Below, in pieces: positions 40,395-52,833 of a DNA stretch of 64,000 nt. The DNA comes from an uncultured Methanosarcinaceae archaeon (lineage in GTDB: Archaea; Halobacteriota; Methanosarcinia; Methanosarcinales; Methanosarcinaceae). Positions within the stretch are counted from its first letter, which is position 1; every line of letters begins with the position of its first letter. The notes under the pieces were generated by a model. That model saw nothing but the letters and a program-made list of their open reading frames with translations, made no database searches and was not told the origin of the DNA. The position numbers were made by a program, and so were the translations under genes. The stretch lies in contig CAWJYV010000005.1 of NCBI GenBank assembly GCA_963847185.1, forward strand, positions 1-64,000. Direction: 5' to 3'.

Positions 40395-40577
40395 GTGAAG
40401 AAAGATCTTATGGATATTCTGGCTTGCCCTGTCTGTAAGGGCGACCTGATTTTGAACGTTGTTGAAGAAAATGAAGAAGAGGTTATTTCAGGAACTCTCT
40501 ACTGCCCTGTATGTAAGGAGCACTATCCTATAGATGAAGGGATTCCCAATTTACTTCCTCCTGACCTCAGAAATTGA
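40395..40577 (+). CDS. Trm112 methyltransferase partner
   Basis: LMDILACPVCKG...CPVC..YPIDEGIPNLLP. Confidence 0.9.
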   Translation: MKKDLMDILACPVCKGDLILNVVEENEEEVISGTLYCPVCKEHYPIDEGIPNLLPPDLRN

Positions 40578-40585
40578 TGTGAGGG

Positions 40586-41350
40586 TTGAACTTGGAGCAG
40601 ATATTCCAGAATGTTATTATAAACCGACAGGAACTGAACTCAATTGAGTTTGAAAAGGAAAGCATTGAGATTCCTCTTTCTCCAGGTGGAGAAGAGACTT
40701 TCGAAATCCTTATCACAAACCATGGATCTCCTACCCATATCCACCTTTCAGTGAGTGAAGATTTAAAGGGCCTTATCACCTTTTTGCGGGATAACCCGTA
40801 TGTGCTTCAAAAAGAATACATTTCCGCAGTTGCAAGAATTCCACAGGAAGGCAGGGTGCTTACAAGAGGCCAGATCTTTATCACAGCAGGTTATGGTTCG
40901 AGGAAGAAAGGTTTTCCTGTACAATTAGGAAAAGCTGTTGAATCAAAGACGCAGACAAAGCCGCAGGTATATACAAGAGAAGAATCTTCTCAGCGGGAAG
41001 AACAGGAAGAGGTGGAGCCTCAAACTTCCTTAGCTGTACAACCTGTAAAGAAGTCTTCTCGCCTAAAATCAGGAAACGGGCTTGGGCTGTCATCTATTTT
41101 TAAAGGCTTTAAAGGGAGCCACTCGGCTTCTACAGGAAGGAAAAGCCAGAAAAATATAGCGCAAAATGAAAAATCTCTTCTGAATATAGCTTTCGGAGGT
41201 TTTTTACTGCTTGTAGCTTTGTTTTTCCTCTATTTCATTCTGCCAGAAAGCCTGCAGTTCAGAATCAGTTTCCCTCAGGCCCTTTTGTTTTCAATCCTTT
41301 TTGTAACATTTATATCATATATCCTGATAAAAATTCTGGAGGAAGCTTGA
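40586..41350 (+). CDS. Hypothetical protein with C-terminal TM hairpin
   Basis: INR...NHG.PTHIHL...GYG N-terminal domain, low-complexity linker, two TM helices. Confidence 0.7.
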   Translation: MNLEQIFQNVIINRQELNSIEFEKESIEIPLSPGGEETFEILITNHGSPTHIHLSVSEDLKGLITFLRDNPYVLQKEYISAVARIPQEGRVLTRGQIFITAGYGSRKKGFPVQLGKAVESKTQTKPQVYTREESSQREEQEEVEPQTSLAVQPVKKSSRLKSGNGLGLSSIFKGFKGSHSASTGRKSQKNIAQNEKSLLNIAFGGFLLLVALFFLYFILPESLQFRISFPQALLFSILFVTFISYILIKILEEA

Positions 41351-41582
41351 AACCCTGGAAACACTGATCATTTTCTGTTTTTTTGTCCGATGAAAGCGGT
41401 CTGAAGATCAAGCCCGTTTTCATTTCTATTTGTTTTATTTTCTTCTTTCTTTGAGTCTATTCTATTCCAGAATTAGAGTAATTTTTATATTATGAGGATA
41501 TTGGTATTGTGTTCGTACAGAAGAACTGATGATAGATTTCACAAATATTATTAATTTGCTACTTTCAGTTGATTTCATGTGA

Positions 41583-43238
<1,656 letters not shown>

Positions 43239-43431
43239 TTTCCCATATTTGAGAAAATTCATTTTTCTCAACTATAAAACCTCACATTCGAGTAAAGAAT
43301 TTTCCTATCGCGGGAAACTGATAAATACTTTTAAAGCTGGAAATAACGGATTATGCGGTATCTATTAAGGCTCTTCACTGAAAAGATGCCTGAAGATATT
43401 GCATTTATCAAGATCTATGAAGGTATACACT

Positions 43432-43566
43432 ATGGCAATGTCTAAAAAAGATATGGATAAGAAGAAGATCGCTAAGAAGGAAAAGATGGGAGAGCTGGAA
43501 AAAATGGCTTCCGCAGGCAGCAAGGACGCAAAGAAGAAGCTTGCAAAGGAAAAGAAGAAAAAATAA
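43432..43566 (+). CDS. 44-aa lysine-rich small protein
   Basis: RBS GAAGGT; MAMSKKDMDKKKIAKKEKMGELEKMASAGSKDAKKKLAKEKKKK*; T-rich downstream. Confidence 0.7.
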   Translation: MAMSKKDMDKKKIAKKEKMGELEKMASAGSKDAKKKLAKEKKKK

Positions 43567-43980
43567 TCCCTTAATATTAATTATATCTCTTTTTATACCA
43601 ATATGGGAAGATCAGGGATCTATTTTTCCCCGATCTGATCACTTTTTATTTTTCAAATTCTATTTCTCTATAATTAGTTAGAAAATATGAATTGAGCCTA
43701 AAGTCCTATTTTGTGCTTGTTGATACCTTATAGTGCAATTTCAATGTTTGATATTTTAATAGAAGCAAAACAAGAGGGCTGCTTACTGTTGCTGTTACAT
43801 CACAACTCCTAGAAAGTCTCCGAGTTCCTGTGATCCCGAAGCGGAACTCGGGAAGCGGAACTCGGATGACAAAACACAGCTACCTGCACTTTTAAGATTT
43901 AAGATTTATCATTTATCATTTATATATTTCTTTAATTTTATTTTTACAAAGTTTTATATACTTGAAAAGAGGGAGTTTAT

Positions 43981-44598
43981 TTGGTGATTATTATAGAAAC
44001 CATAAGTTTGTCAGATGCTTTTAGGTATCCGTTCAAAACACCAAAAAAACTTCTATATGCACTTTTGTTACTCATTCCGATTTTGGGATGGCTTGTACTC
44101 TTTGGTTATGTTGTAAGACTGGTTAATGAGTTTATCGAGGGAAGGTATGAAGAACCCATTGATATCGATTTAGTAGAAGATCTGAAATTTGGAGCTATTA
44201 CTTTCGTGAAAGCTCTTCCTTTCATTATCGCATATATGATTGTAATTTCTGTCATAGGTTATATCAGTTCAACCCTTGGAGATCTCATTGACTTGCTTCT
44301 CAGGTTATTCGTGATACCTATTCTTTCAGTTAACTTCTTCAGAAAGCAAACAATTGAGTCTTTCTTTGAGTTTGACATCTTCAATGTTGCCAAAGAAAAC
44401 CTGGAAGATTTTATTATGGCATCGCTGAAACAGCTTGCCGTTTATATAGTCTTTGCAATCCTTTCAATCATACTGATAGGCATACCAGGATTGTTATTTA
44501 CAAGCTCAATATTCATTGCAAACTTCTATGGAAGGGTTGTTGTACAAAAGAATACCATAGATTTCAAAACCCCGATTAATGAGCCGTCATCAGTCTAA
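43981..44598 (+). CDS. DUF4013-family membrane protein
   Basis: DAFRYPF...LIPILGW...GYVVR pattern; multiple TM helices. Confidence 0.75.
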   Translation: MVIIIETISLSDAFRYPFKTPKKLLYALLLLIPILGWLVLFGYVVRLVNEFIEGRYEEPIDIDLVEDLKFGAITFVKALPFIIAYMIVISVIGYISSTLGDLIDLLLRLFVIPILSVNFFRKQTIESFFEFDIFNVAKENLEDFIMASLKQLAVYIVFAILSIILIGIPGLLFTSSIFIANFYGRVVVQKNTIDFKTPINEPSSV

Positions 44599-44803
44599 AT
44601 ACTACATTATTCAGTTTAAGGCCTGATTTTTCCTGGCCTGATCATATTTTTTTGACTTGTTCCCCGGATTCTTCTATTTGGCTCTTAAAAGAGCCGCTCG
44701 CTTAGGCGAGCGTATGCGGCTAGAAGTTAAACATCGAGTATGGGGGATAACTAGAAAAACGTAAAAAGCCCTTTCCCTATTGAATTCCACCCTCTTCAGC
44801 TTC

Positions 44804-46129
44804 TCAACTCATCTGCAGAGGATCTACTTTCATATACTCCCTCAGCACGGTAGTAGCATAACTTCCCTTGGGAAGCATGAATTCCAGCAATGCTTTTGAT
44901 TTTCCGGGGTTCAGTTCATCTTCTGCAACCTCAAACTTTGGTTCTACCTGCAGGAGAACTTCTCTGCGCATACCTTTTGAACTCATTTCAGGAATTTTTT
45001 CGATATTGAAGCCTTTCAGAGGTACACTGAGTTCCTGAAGAACTTCTTGCTCTATCTCTCCGGGAATCCCGGAAGCAAACTCCGTACTATGACCAGGGAG
45101 TGGAGCAGTTATAAAGGCACGGTTTCTTTTTATCAGACGGTTCATGGCAGCTACTGTTTCAGCTGTAACCTTTTCTGTTTTTGATGAGTCCGGCATTCCC
45201 GCTTCATTTTTGAAACAGACAATGTCGCCTTCTATAGCCTGGTTTAGGGAAATACCTTTTTCGAGCCTGTGGCAGAGAATTATATTGTACATATAGGATT
45301 GGTAGCCATGTACGAACATCTTGTACAGGTTTTTCGGGAGAACAAGGAATGAACCTGCAAAGTCATCAGGATTTGCGATGAGGTGGTTCATCATAGCCCT
45401 TTCGTGGCCCAGGCGAAGAGGATAGCTTTTCAGGCCTTCTTTGAAATCACGGGTCTCTTTGACTAACTGGCGGGCTTTTTTTGTTTCTTCCGGCTCATCA
45501 GGGAATGGTTCGGCAATATAAAGCAGGGCAGCTTTTTCAAAATCTCCTTCAACAATAGCTTTTCCTACCAGATGAGTAACCGGACGGACAGAGCCAAAAC
45601 GCTGGATTCCAAAGAAATTAGGAACCCCTCCCTGGCCCAAAATGCCATCTGTAGTCTTTTCGAGAAGTCTTTTTGTCTCTTCAGGAGAGTAAGCTATATT
45701 CCTGATAGTAATTATGAAATCATTTCCCCAGAGATCTCCAAGTTCTATTGATTTTCGGGAGCGGCCCAGAACTTTCAGCTCGATGTCTTTTAAATGAACT
45801 TTCTCAATTTTAGAGGCATCAAGATCAAAAATACTGATTTTTTGCGTGGTAATAGCGCGTTTGTCTTTTGTACCTGCAACACTGATCCGTTTCTGGCTTA
45901 TCTGCAGGATTTTTGCAAGAGTCCGGGTAAAGTGGTGTGTATCCCAGTCACGCTTTACAAGCTCGAGAATGAGATATTTGCCCTCTTCTCCTTCTTCTCT
46001 ATTTGTAATCTCTTTAACAACAAAGTCCTCCAATTCCTGGCGGAGCTGCCCTCCCAGGCCTTTGGTATCTGTGGAGTAGAGACTAATTCCAATCTTTTTT
46101 TCGATTTCGGGAACTTCCATGAATTGCAA
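44804..46129 (-). CDS. truD: tRNA pseudouridine(13) synthase
   Basis: AGTKDKRAITTQ, LWGNDF, PNFFGIQRFG, LPKGSYAT. Confidence 0.95.
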   Translation of the reverse strand: MQFMEVPEIEKKIGISLYSTDTKGLGGQLRQELEDFVVKEITNREEGEEGKYLILELVKRDWDTHHFTRTLAKILQISQKRISVAGTKDKRAITTQKISIFDLDASKIEKVHLKDIELKVLGRSRKSIELGDLWGNDFIITIRNIAYSPEETKRLLEKTTDGILGQGGVPNFFGIQRFGSVRPVTHLVGKAIVEGDFEKAALLYIAEPFPDEPEETKKARQLVKETRDFKEGLKSYPLRLGHERAMMNHLIANPDDFAGSFLVLPKNLYKMFVHGYQSYMYNIILCHRLEKGISLNQAIEGDIVCFKNEAGMPDSSKTEKVTAETVAAMNRLIKRNRAFITAPLPGHSTEFASGIPGEIEQEVLQELSVPLKGFNIEKIPEMSSKGMRREVLLQVEPKFEVAEDELNPGKSKALLEFMLPKGSYATTVLREYMKVDPLQMS

Positions 46130-46439
46130 ACACTCCTCTATGATATATTCTTTATGGCATATTTATTACAGTTAAAAAAGTAATTCGAATAAAGGTAATA
46201 ATAACTGAAAGCTTTCAAAAATGTTTGATGCAGTTGAACTGCTATTGTCAGTAAAATTCAGATACGGACACTGGTTTACAGGAAAAGTTCATTGATATTA
46301 CTAATTTTCAGTTACTATTTTTAATTACTACTTATATTAATATTTTTAAGTATGATTTTTTTATATTATTATATTATTGTCTTTATTCTCAATTATCACT
46401 TCAATACTATTATTGTCACTGTTGTTGATTATCTTGTTA

Positions 46440-47672
46440 TTATTTCCTGGGATTGATGTCGATAACTTCTACCTTCGTTGTATTTGAGAAGGTCCAGCTC
46501 CTGTGTGTTTCGTTCTCTTCAAAATCCTGAACTTTTGCCTGAGCTGTTTGTCCTGGAAGTCCTCCTGCGTAAAGGCTGGAAGTTGGGTCAAGCATTAGCC
46601 AGGAACCGTATTCATCAGTCAGGTAATTTACGTCAACGTTTCCGTAATAAGCTCTAATCCCTTTGACTGCGGCTTCGATTTCACTCGTTTCATTGCCTAT
46701 ATAGACAGCTGCAAAAGCATGGGTATCTGTCAGGTAAACTCGAGTTGTACCTCCTACGGCTTCGAGCATGGATGAGAGGAGAATTGCCTGGTCTTCGCAG
46801 TCTCCTGCACCTACCTTCAGAGTAACATTTGCAGACTCCCATACATCATTACCTCTCGGATCGCTGACGTATTCGATATTCTCTTTTACCATATCAAAGA
46901 GGGCACAGACCTGATAAATATTATAAGCTCCGGGATATGATCTGGCCACTTCAGCTGCCTCATTCCTTACCTCAGGTTCTGCCGGCTCTACCAGTCGGTT
47001 TATGGTTTCAAAGTAATAAGCAGGATTATGTCTGTATTTCGGGGCAATTTTTTCATGCATAGGCTTCAGATTTGCCGTGAACCCGTCAAGGAAATATGGC
47101 TTGTACTTGTGCCATTTCCCTTCCGAGGTCTCGGCAAGTAGCCAGAGGACTATATTGAAGGTAGCTTTTTCTTCTTCAGGCACTTTAACCGCAATTACTC
47201 CCAGAACCTTCTCTTCGCCTGGGGCAATCAAAGATCCGCAATCTTCAGAATATATCTTTTTTTCTGAAGCATTAACCGAAACCCCGTATCTGTCAATAAA
47301 TATTGAATTTCGGCCTTCATTTTTAATGCTGACTTTAATATAGCTTATTCCTCCCTGGAAAAAATCTGAAGTTTGATAATTACTGCTCAGGGAAAATCCA
47401 GGCTGTAGGGGGGTTCTCAAAATAGGGGTAAGCTCGCTTTTCTGGAGGGAGTATCCGGGTATTGCCGGAAATGTAAATAAAGTCGGTTGAGGTATGAAAA
47501 CTTCTTCCTGGCCTTCATCCGAGTTTAACCCAAGGTAGCTTTTTAAATCGACTGTGAATATTTTCATTGAATCTAGAAATAAAGATCCGGTCATTGTTAT
47601 CAGTACAAGGCATATGCAGAAAATTGCAATCTTCGAGGCTGCTGTTTTTTCTGATACTTCAGTTTCCTTCAT
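46440..47672 (-). CDS. Membrane-anchored transglutaminase-like protein
   Basis: N-terminal TM; GDCEDQA, THAF, LDPT Cys-His-Asp triad. Confidence 0.8.
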   Translation of the reverse strand: MKETEVSEKTAASKIAIFCICLVLITMTGSLFLDSMKIFTVDLKSYLGLNSDEGQEEVFIPQPTLFTFPAIPGYSLQKSELTPILRTPLQPGFSLSSNYQTSDFFQGGISYIKVSIKNEGRNSIFIDRYGVSVNASEKKIYSEDCGSLIAPGEEKVLGVIAVKVPEEEKATFNIVLWLLAETSEGKWHKYKPYFLDGFTANLKPMHEKIAPKYRHNPAYYFETINRLVEPAEPEVRNEAAEVARSYPGAYNIYQVCALFDMVKENIEYVSDPRGNDVWESANVTLKVGAGDCEDQAILLSSMLEAVGGTTRVYLTDTHAFAAVYIGNETSEIEAAVKGIRAYYGNVDVNYLTDEYGSWLMLDPTSSLYAGGLPGQTAQAKVQDFEENETHRSWTFSNTTKVEVIDINPRK

Positions 47673-47807
47673 TTGCGCCCTCCTGAATAAAATATATGCA
47701 GAATATCTTCCTGGCCGGTGGAAAACCTCTGCAGACTTCTTCTGTCTATTTCTCTTTAATGCAGCTTCTAACAATGCATTTTAAATCTCTGGATGACTTC
47801 CAGGCAC

Positions 47808-48155
47808 TTAAACAAGCTTAAGATCCCGCGTGATTTTATCTATAAGCTCCTGTTTTGCAGGTCCGATTCCAAGAACAGTTACTGTACCAGGAGGGATTTC
47901 TGTAAGTCCGGCATCCTGTATTAGAGCTGTTGGAAGTCCTTCTCTTCTTGCCTTCTCCTTAAGTTCATAAAGGTCTTTAAGAGTAGGGACTTTGAGGACA
48001 ACTTTTTTCTGCCCTCCTTCTTTCCATTTTTCAAGGTCTCCTTTACTTGCCCATTCAGCTGCAGAAATGGCAGCATGAGCTACCTGTACTGCAAACTTGC
48101 CTTTGGAAAGTTTCAGATCATCCCTGGTAACTATACACTGTTTGTATTCACTCAT
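47808..48155 (-). CDS. pth2: Peptidyl-tRNA hydrolase Pth2
   Basis: [37 protein letters not shown]. Confidence 0.95.
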   Translation of the reverse strand: MSEYKQCIVTRDDLKLSKGKFAVQVAHAAISAAEWASKGDLEKWKEGGQKKVVLKVPTLKDLYELKEKARREGLPTALIQDAGLTEIPPGTVTVLGIGPAKQELIDKITRDLKLV

Positions 48156-48346
48156 TCTTTGCCTCGGGCTTATTCAAGGTCAGCTTATATCTTAAACGTT
48201 TTCAGTATGGATTTTCAGTCCTTTTCACAAATTTTTAGAATTTTTTTCCTTAGTTCTTCGCATTTTCAGTAAGATCCGAAAATTCTTTTATTCAAAATCT
48301 TTCTAAAATATAGTCTACTATTTTTCTTCATTATTTATAGTTTTTT

Positions 48347-49318
48347 TCATAAAGATTCTTGCAGGTATTGAAGGATAATTTCTGCAGTGTTTATTCCCCA
48401 TGCATCATAAATTCCTTTTCCTGAAGGCGTTCCGTTTACTTCAAGAACTATGGAATCCTGTTGTATGCTGCTACAGTCTTTATCTTTTTCTTTATTATGA
48501 TCTTTTATAAAACTTTCTATAATATCAACGCCTGCGAATGCTGTACCTATAGCAAGGGAAGTCTTTTCCGCAGTTTCTTTTTGCTCTGAGGTAAGAACAC
48601 ATCGGTCTGCGCTTCCTCCCTGACTGAGATTATTTACCCAGGAACCTGCTGCAGCTTTCCGATAAATTGCACCTACTGCAGTGCCGTCAACAACAAAAAC
48701 CCTAATATCCCTTCCCGGGTTTTCTATAAATTCCTGAATATACAGCACTCCCCTTTCTTCAAGTAACTTTTCAAGTTCTGCTTCAAGGGATAAGGACTCG
48801 ACTTTTCTGTCCGAAAATTGCATTTTCCCATCTATGATCCTTGCAATATCCTTTCCCTTATATCCGAAAACAGGTTTTATGACTGAATCCCCTAGCCTTG
48901 TTACAACTTTGAGGGCAACTTTCAGGTCCTGAACTGCTATGGTCTCGGGTACGGGAACTCCGGCTTTCCTGAGGAGGTAAGAAGCATGATATTTGTTTGC
49001 CGCGTTTCGGATAGCCTCAGGGGAGTTGATAACCGGAATCCCCTCAGCTTCAAGTTCCCTGAGAATATCAAACCTGAAAGATACTCCTTCAAACGCCCCT
49101 GCACCCACATCCCTCACAATAATGGCATCAAGGTCTGAGAGTGAAATTTCTCCTGCTTTAAAATGAACTTTTGATCCCGAATTTCTTGATTTTATGCTGA
49201 CCTCTGCAGTCCTGAGATCCAGAACAAAAGGGGAAAAACCTTTTTCCTTCGCTGCAGTGACAAGCGCCCGAGCTGTCCAGTCTTCGGGATCAGTGATTAT
49301 TATCCCTACTTTTTTCAT
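48347..49318 (-). CDS. mptN: RimK-family ATP-grasp ligase (tetrahydromethanopterin:alpha-L-glutamate ligase)
   Basis: [42 protein letters not shown]. Confidence 0.75.
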   Translation of the reverse strand: MKKVGIIITDPEDWTARALVTAAKEKGFSPFVLDLRTAEVSIKSRNSGSKVHFKAGEISLSDLDAIIVRDVGAGAFEGVSFRFDILRELEAEGIPVINSPEAIRNAANKYHASYLLRKAGVPVPETIAVQDLKVALKVVTRLGDSVIKPVFGYKGKDIARIIDGKMQFSDRKVESLSLEAELEKLLEERGVLYIQEFIENPGRDIRVFVVDGTAVGAIYRKAAAGSWVNNLSQGGSADRCVLTSEQKETAEKTSLAIGTAFAGVDIIESFIKDHNKEKDKDCSSIQQDSIVLEVNGTPSGKGIYDAWGINTAEIILQYLQESL

Positions 49319-49515
49319 AAAGTATGATCTCATGTTTTCCAGATCAATTTTACGATAAGGGTCAATAAAACTTATTATGAAGTCAACAAAAAATGGAATC
49401 AAATTTTCTATGAGAAGCTGTAGAGAATATCCGACTTTTTCACTATGTATATGCAAACAGATAATAATTTTTCAATAATTATGTTTTGAGATTATCTTCA
49501 TTTCTCCATTTTTCT

Positions 49516-49911
49516 TCATTCAGAGGCTTGTTCTTCAAGGACTTCAAGTCCCTGCCTTTTACGATAATCATTGATCGCTCTATGGATAGCTTCTCTGGAG
49601 ACGACTGAACACTCCAGTTTTCCTGGAGGCAGGCCTTCAAGAGCCTCAGCAACGGCTTCGTTTGTAAGTTCCCATGCCTCTTTGAGGGTTTTGCCTTTTA
49701 TCATTTCTGTTGCCATGCTGCTGGATGCAATTGCAGCTGCACAACCGAAGGTCTTGAATTTTACATCCTCAACCCGGCCATCCCGGATTTTCAGGAAAAT
49801 TTTCATATGGTCACCATGAGGATTTCCGGCTTCTCCAATTCCATCTGCACTATCAATTTCCCCTACATTTCTCGGGTTCATGAAATGGTCCATGACTTTT
49901 TTATTATACGT
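49516..49911 (-). CDS. iscU: Fe-S cluster scaffold IscU/NifU with altered ligands
   Basis: YNKKVMDHF.NPRNVG, KFKTFGC, LPPGKLECS; first Cys absent (GNPHGD). Confidence 0.85.
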   Translation of the reverse strand, partial: TYNKKVMDHFMNPRNVGEIDSADGIGEAGNPHGDHMKIFLKIRDGRVEDVKFKTFGCAAAIASSSMATEMIKGKTLKEAWELTNEAVAEALEGLPPGKLECSVVSREAIHRAINDYRKRQGLEVLEEQASE

Positions 49912-50084
49912 AAAAACTCCCCCATATTTCTGTATTTTGACCCATATTTTTATATTTTAACTTGTTATTTCTAGCTGATTTTTACCATTCCATCTCAGAT
50001 TCTTATTTTTCCAACCCAGGATGCTTATCTGTTAAATACATCTTTTACGTGCTACTCAAAATTTCTCTATTCTATTGCTTTTCT

Positions 50085-51287
50085 TTATTTTTCACATGCA
50101 GTTGCGGGTTTATAAAATGGAGACATGGCTCTCAGCTTTCCGACAGTTCCAGGCAATACTTCCAGGACATAATCGATATCCTCATCGGAATTTGCATCCC
50201 CAAGAGTCAGACGAAGGGATCCCTGAGCTATTTCAGGAAGCAGACCTATCGCTCTCAATACATGTGAAGGTTCAAGAGATCCGGAAGAGCAGGCGCTGCC
50301 TGTGGAGCAGCAGATTCCCATCTGATCGAGCATGAGAAGTAAGGATTCTCCTTCTATATACTCAAAACTGAAATTCAGATTCCCAACCAGGCGCTTTTCC
50401 GGATGTCCGTTTAACCTGCAGTGGGGAATTTCCAGAACTCCGGAAAGGAGACGGTCCCTCATTCTTCTTATTTTTTCATTGTGCACTTTGATATTTGCCG
50501 TTGCAAGTTCGATTGCCTTTCCCATCCCCACTATACCTGCAACATTCTCGGTCCCTGCTCGTTTTTTTCTCTCCTGGCCGCCTCCATGCATGTAATTGTG
50601 TATCTCTGTTCCTTGCCTGATATAGATGGCTCCAATCCCTTTTGGTCCGTAGAACTTATGAGCGGAAAGTGAAAGCATATCCACATTTCTGTGAATACTT
50701 TTCATCTCCAGGGGAACTGCACCTATTACCTGTACAGCGTCGGTATGGAATGGTACATCGTGCTTCTCTGCTATCTCCTCTATTTCCTGAATAGGTTCTA
50801 TGGTGCCGATTTCATTATTAGCATACATGACCGATATTAAAATAGTGTCCTTCCGGATTGCAGTTTCCAGCTCGGCAGGGTCTATAAGCCCATATTTATC
50901 TACGGAAAGATAGGTTACATCAAAGCCCTGTGTTTCCAGATACTCGCAGGGGTAAAGTACAGCATGGTGCTCTATTGGTGTAGTGATGATATGTTTTCCT
51001 TTCCTTCTTCTGGCAAAGGCTGTCCCTTTGACAGCCCAGTTATCGGACTCGGTTCCTCCTGAAGTAAAATATATCTCTTCAGAGTTAGCTCCAAGAGCCT
51101 TTGCTAATTGCTCACGGGCTGCTTCCACTGCCTCTTTGCTTTCTCTGCCTATTGAATATAAAGAAGATGGATTTCCGAAATGCTCTTTCACAAAGGGCAG
51201 CATAGCTTCAGCCACTTCAGGTTTTGTAAAGGTGGTTGCTGCGTGATCCATGTAAACGAAATGCTTTTCTCCCATCTGAACCCCCAT
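50085..51287 (-). CDS. iscS: Cysteine desulfurase IscS/NifS
   Basis: YMDHAATT, TSGGTES, SAHKFYGPKG, STGSACSS. Confidence 0.95.
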   Translation of the reverse strand: MGVQMGEKHFVYMDHAATTFTKPEVAEAMLPFVKEHFGNPSSLYSIGRESKEAVEAAREQLAKALGANSEEIYFTSGGTESDNWAVKGTAFARRRKGKHIITTPIEHHAVLYPCEYLETQGFDVTYLSVDKYGLIDPAELETAIRKDTILISVMYANNEIGTIEPIQEIEEIAEKHDVPFHTDAVQVIGAVPLEMKSIHRNVDMLSLSAHKFYGPKGIGAIYIRQGTEIHNYMHGGGQERKKRAGTENVAGIVGMGKAIELATANIKVHNEKIRRMRDRLLSGVLEIPHCRLNGHPEKRLVGNLNFSFEYIEGESLLLMLDQMGICCSTGSACSSGSLEPSHVLRAIGLLPEIAQGSLRLTLGDANSDEDIDYVLEVLPGTVGKLRAMSPFYKPATACEK

Positions 51288-51459
51288 AGAAAATAGGAGT
51301 TGGCGAGATATGAATTTATTGTGATTAACTAATGTGATTAACTATTTGCCTTCTATCCTGAATGCTAAAGCCTGTAAAATAGACGATTTTTTGGTATCGG
51401 GAAAGTTATTTATGTGGTTGTTATGTAGTCCCGTTTCAATTAAATGGAGAAAAAAGACT

Positions 51460-51894
51460 TTGCTAAGGCAATTTTCGATTATTCTGGGCATATAATTTCT
51501 GGGAGAATTGATACAGAAAATATTGGGGTTGCCAATACCGGGTAATGTCATAGGAATGCTCCTGCTTTTCTTCGGATTATATACAGGAATAATTAAACTC
51601 GAGATGATAAATAGAATTAGTGACTTTTTACTTGAGAATCTGGCTTTTTTCTTTCTTCCTGCAGCAGTAAGCCTTATGACCTCTTTTGTCCTGCTTGAGG
51701 GAAAATGGACTTCAATTCTTGAAATTTCCCTTATCTCTACTGTAATAATCCTGGTTGTAACAGGGATTACAGTAGAAATTGTAAAAAAACTAATGAATAG
51801 AAATTCAGAAATAGGCTGCAGCAGGAAAGGCGAAACTCATTTGAGTGAAGCTCAAAAAGAACCCAAGAAAGAGTCAAAAAAGGTACACGTTTGA
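51460..51894 (+). CDS. CidA/LrgA-family protein (in-frame TAA at 51493; possibly truncated or pseudogene)
   Basis: LPIPGNVIGMLLL, FFFLPAAV; upstream TTG frame LLRQFSIILGI* interrupted by an ochre codon. Confidence 0.75.
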
Positions 51895-51922
51895 GAAAGC
51901 GAAGGAAAAGTGGTGAACTGAA

Positions 51923-52636
51923 TTGAATATGGATTTTTTGAGTGAGTTTCTTAATACCACTTTGTTCGGGATTTTACTTTCTTTAGTAGCTTTTCAGATA
52001 GGTACCCTGGCGTATAAGAAAATCCGGTTTTCTGCCCTTAATCCTCTACTTGTAGCCTCTGTTCTTGTCATAATCTTTTTACTTATTTTCAAGATAGATT
52101 TTGAGGCCTATAATCTTGGAGGGGACTATATTTCCTTTTTTCTCGGGCCTTCAACTGTAGTCCTTGCAGTGCCCCTTTATAAAAAGATCCAGTTGCTGAA
52201 GAGTAATGTTCTTCCAATTCTTGCAGGTATAAGTGCAGGCTGTGTAGCGGGAATTTCAAGTATTTTAATCCTTTCCAGGCTTTTAGGGCTTGATGAGGTT
52301 ATATCCAAGTCTTTGGTTCCTAAATCAGTAACCACACCTATTGGAATTGAAGTTTCAAAACAAATAGGGGGCCTGCCTGCAGTAACAGTCGCTGCAATAG
52401 TAATTACAGGAATCATAGGTGCTGTCCTTGGTCCAGCCATCTGCCGCTTTTTCCGTATAAAAGACGAGGTCGCGGTAGGGATTGCAATAGGTACAGCATC
52501 CCATGCTCTAGGAACAACAAGAGCAATAGAACTTGGAGATACAGAAGGAGCAATGAGCGGGCTTGCAATCGGGGTAGCAGGCTTAATTACGGTATTTTTT
52601 GTTCCTTTACTGCTTTATCTGTTCAATTCAATCTGA
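51923..52636 (+). CDS. LrgB/CidB-family membrane protein
   Basis: LGPSTVVLAVPLY, PKSVTTPIG, SHALGT. Confidence 0.9.
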   Translation: MNMDFLSEFLNTTLFGILLSLVAFQIGTLAYKKIRFSALNPLLVASVLVIIFLLIFKIDFEAYNLGGDYISFFLGPSTVVLAVPLYKKIQLLKSNVLPILAGISAGCVAGISSILILSRLLGLDEVISKSLVPKSVTTPIGIEVSKQIGGLPAVTVAAIVITGIIGAVLGPAICRFFRIKDEVAVGIAIGTASHALGTTRAIELGDTEGAMSGLAIGVAGLITVFFVPLLLYLFNSI

Positions 52637-52681
52637 AAATTAAATTAGAAAAACAGAAAAATTCGAGTAGAAATCCTGGTA

Positions 52682-52785
52682 GTGGGAGTAAGTTATTGAA
52701 ATCTGCAAGCATAAGAATCTCTACATTTTCCCAATGTGCAGGAATATACTCACTTTTTCGGACTTGATCAATAACTCATACCCAC
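52682..52785. mobile_element. MITE-like element, copy 1
   Basis: Imperfect TIRs GTGGGAGTAAGTTATTGA / TCAATAACTCATACCCAC; second copy at 57232. Confidence 0.6.
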
Positions 52786-52833
52786 GACCGAAATCCTGAT
52801 TAACTAAATAACTCTGAATTAAGCTTCTTGAGA

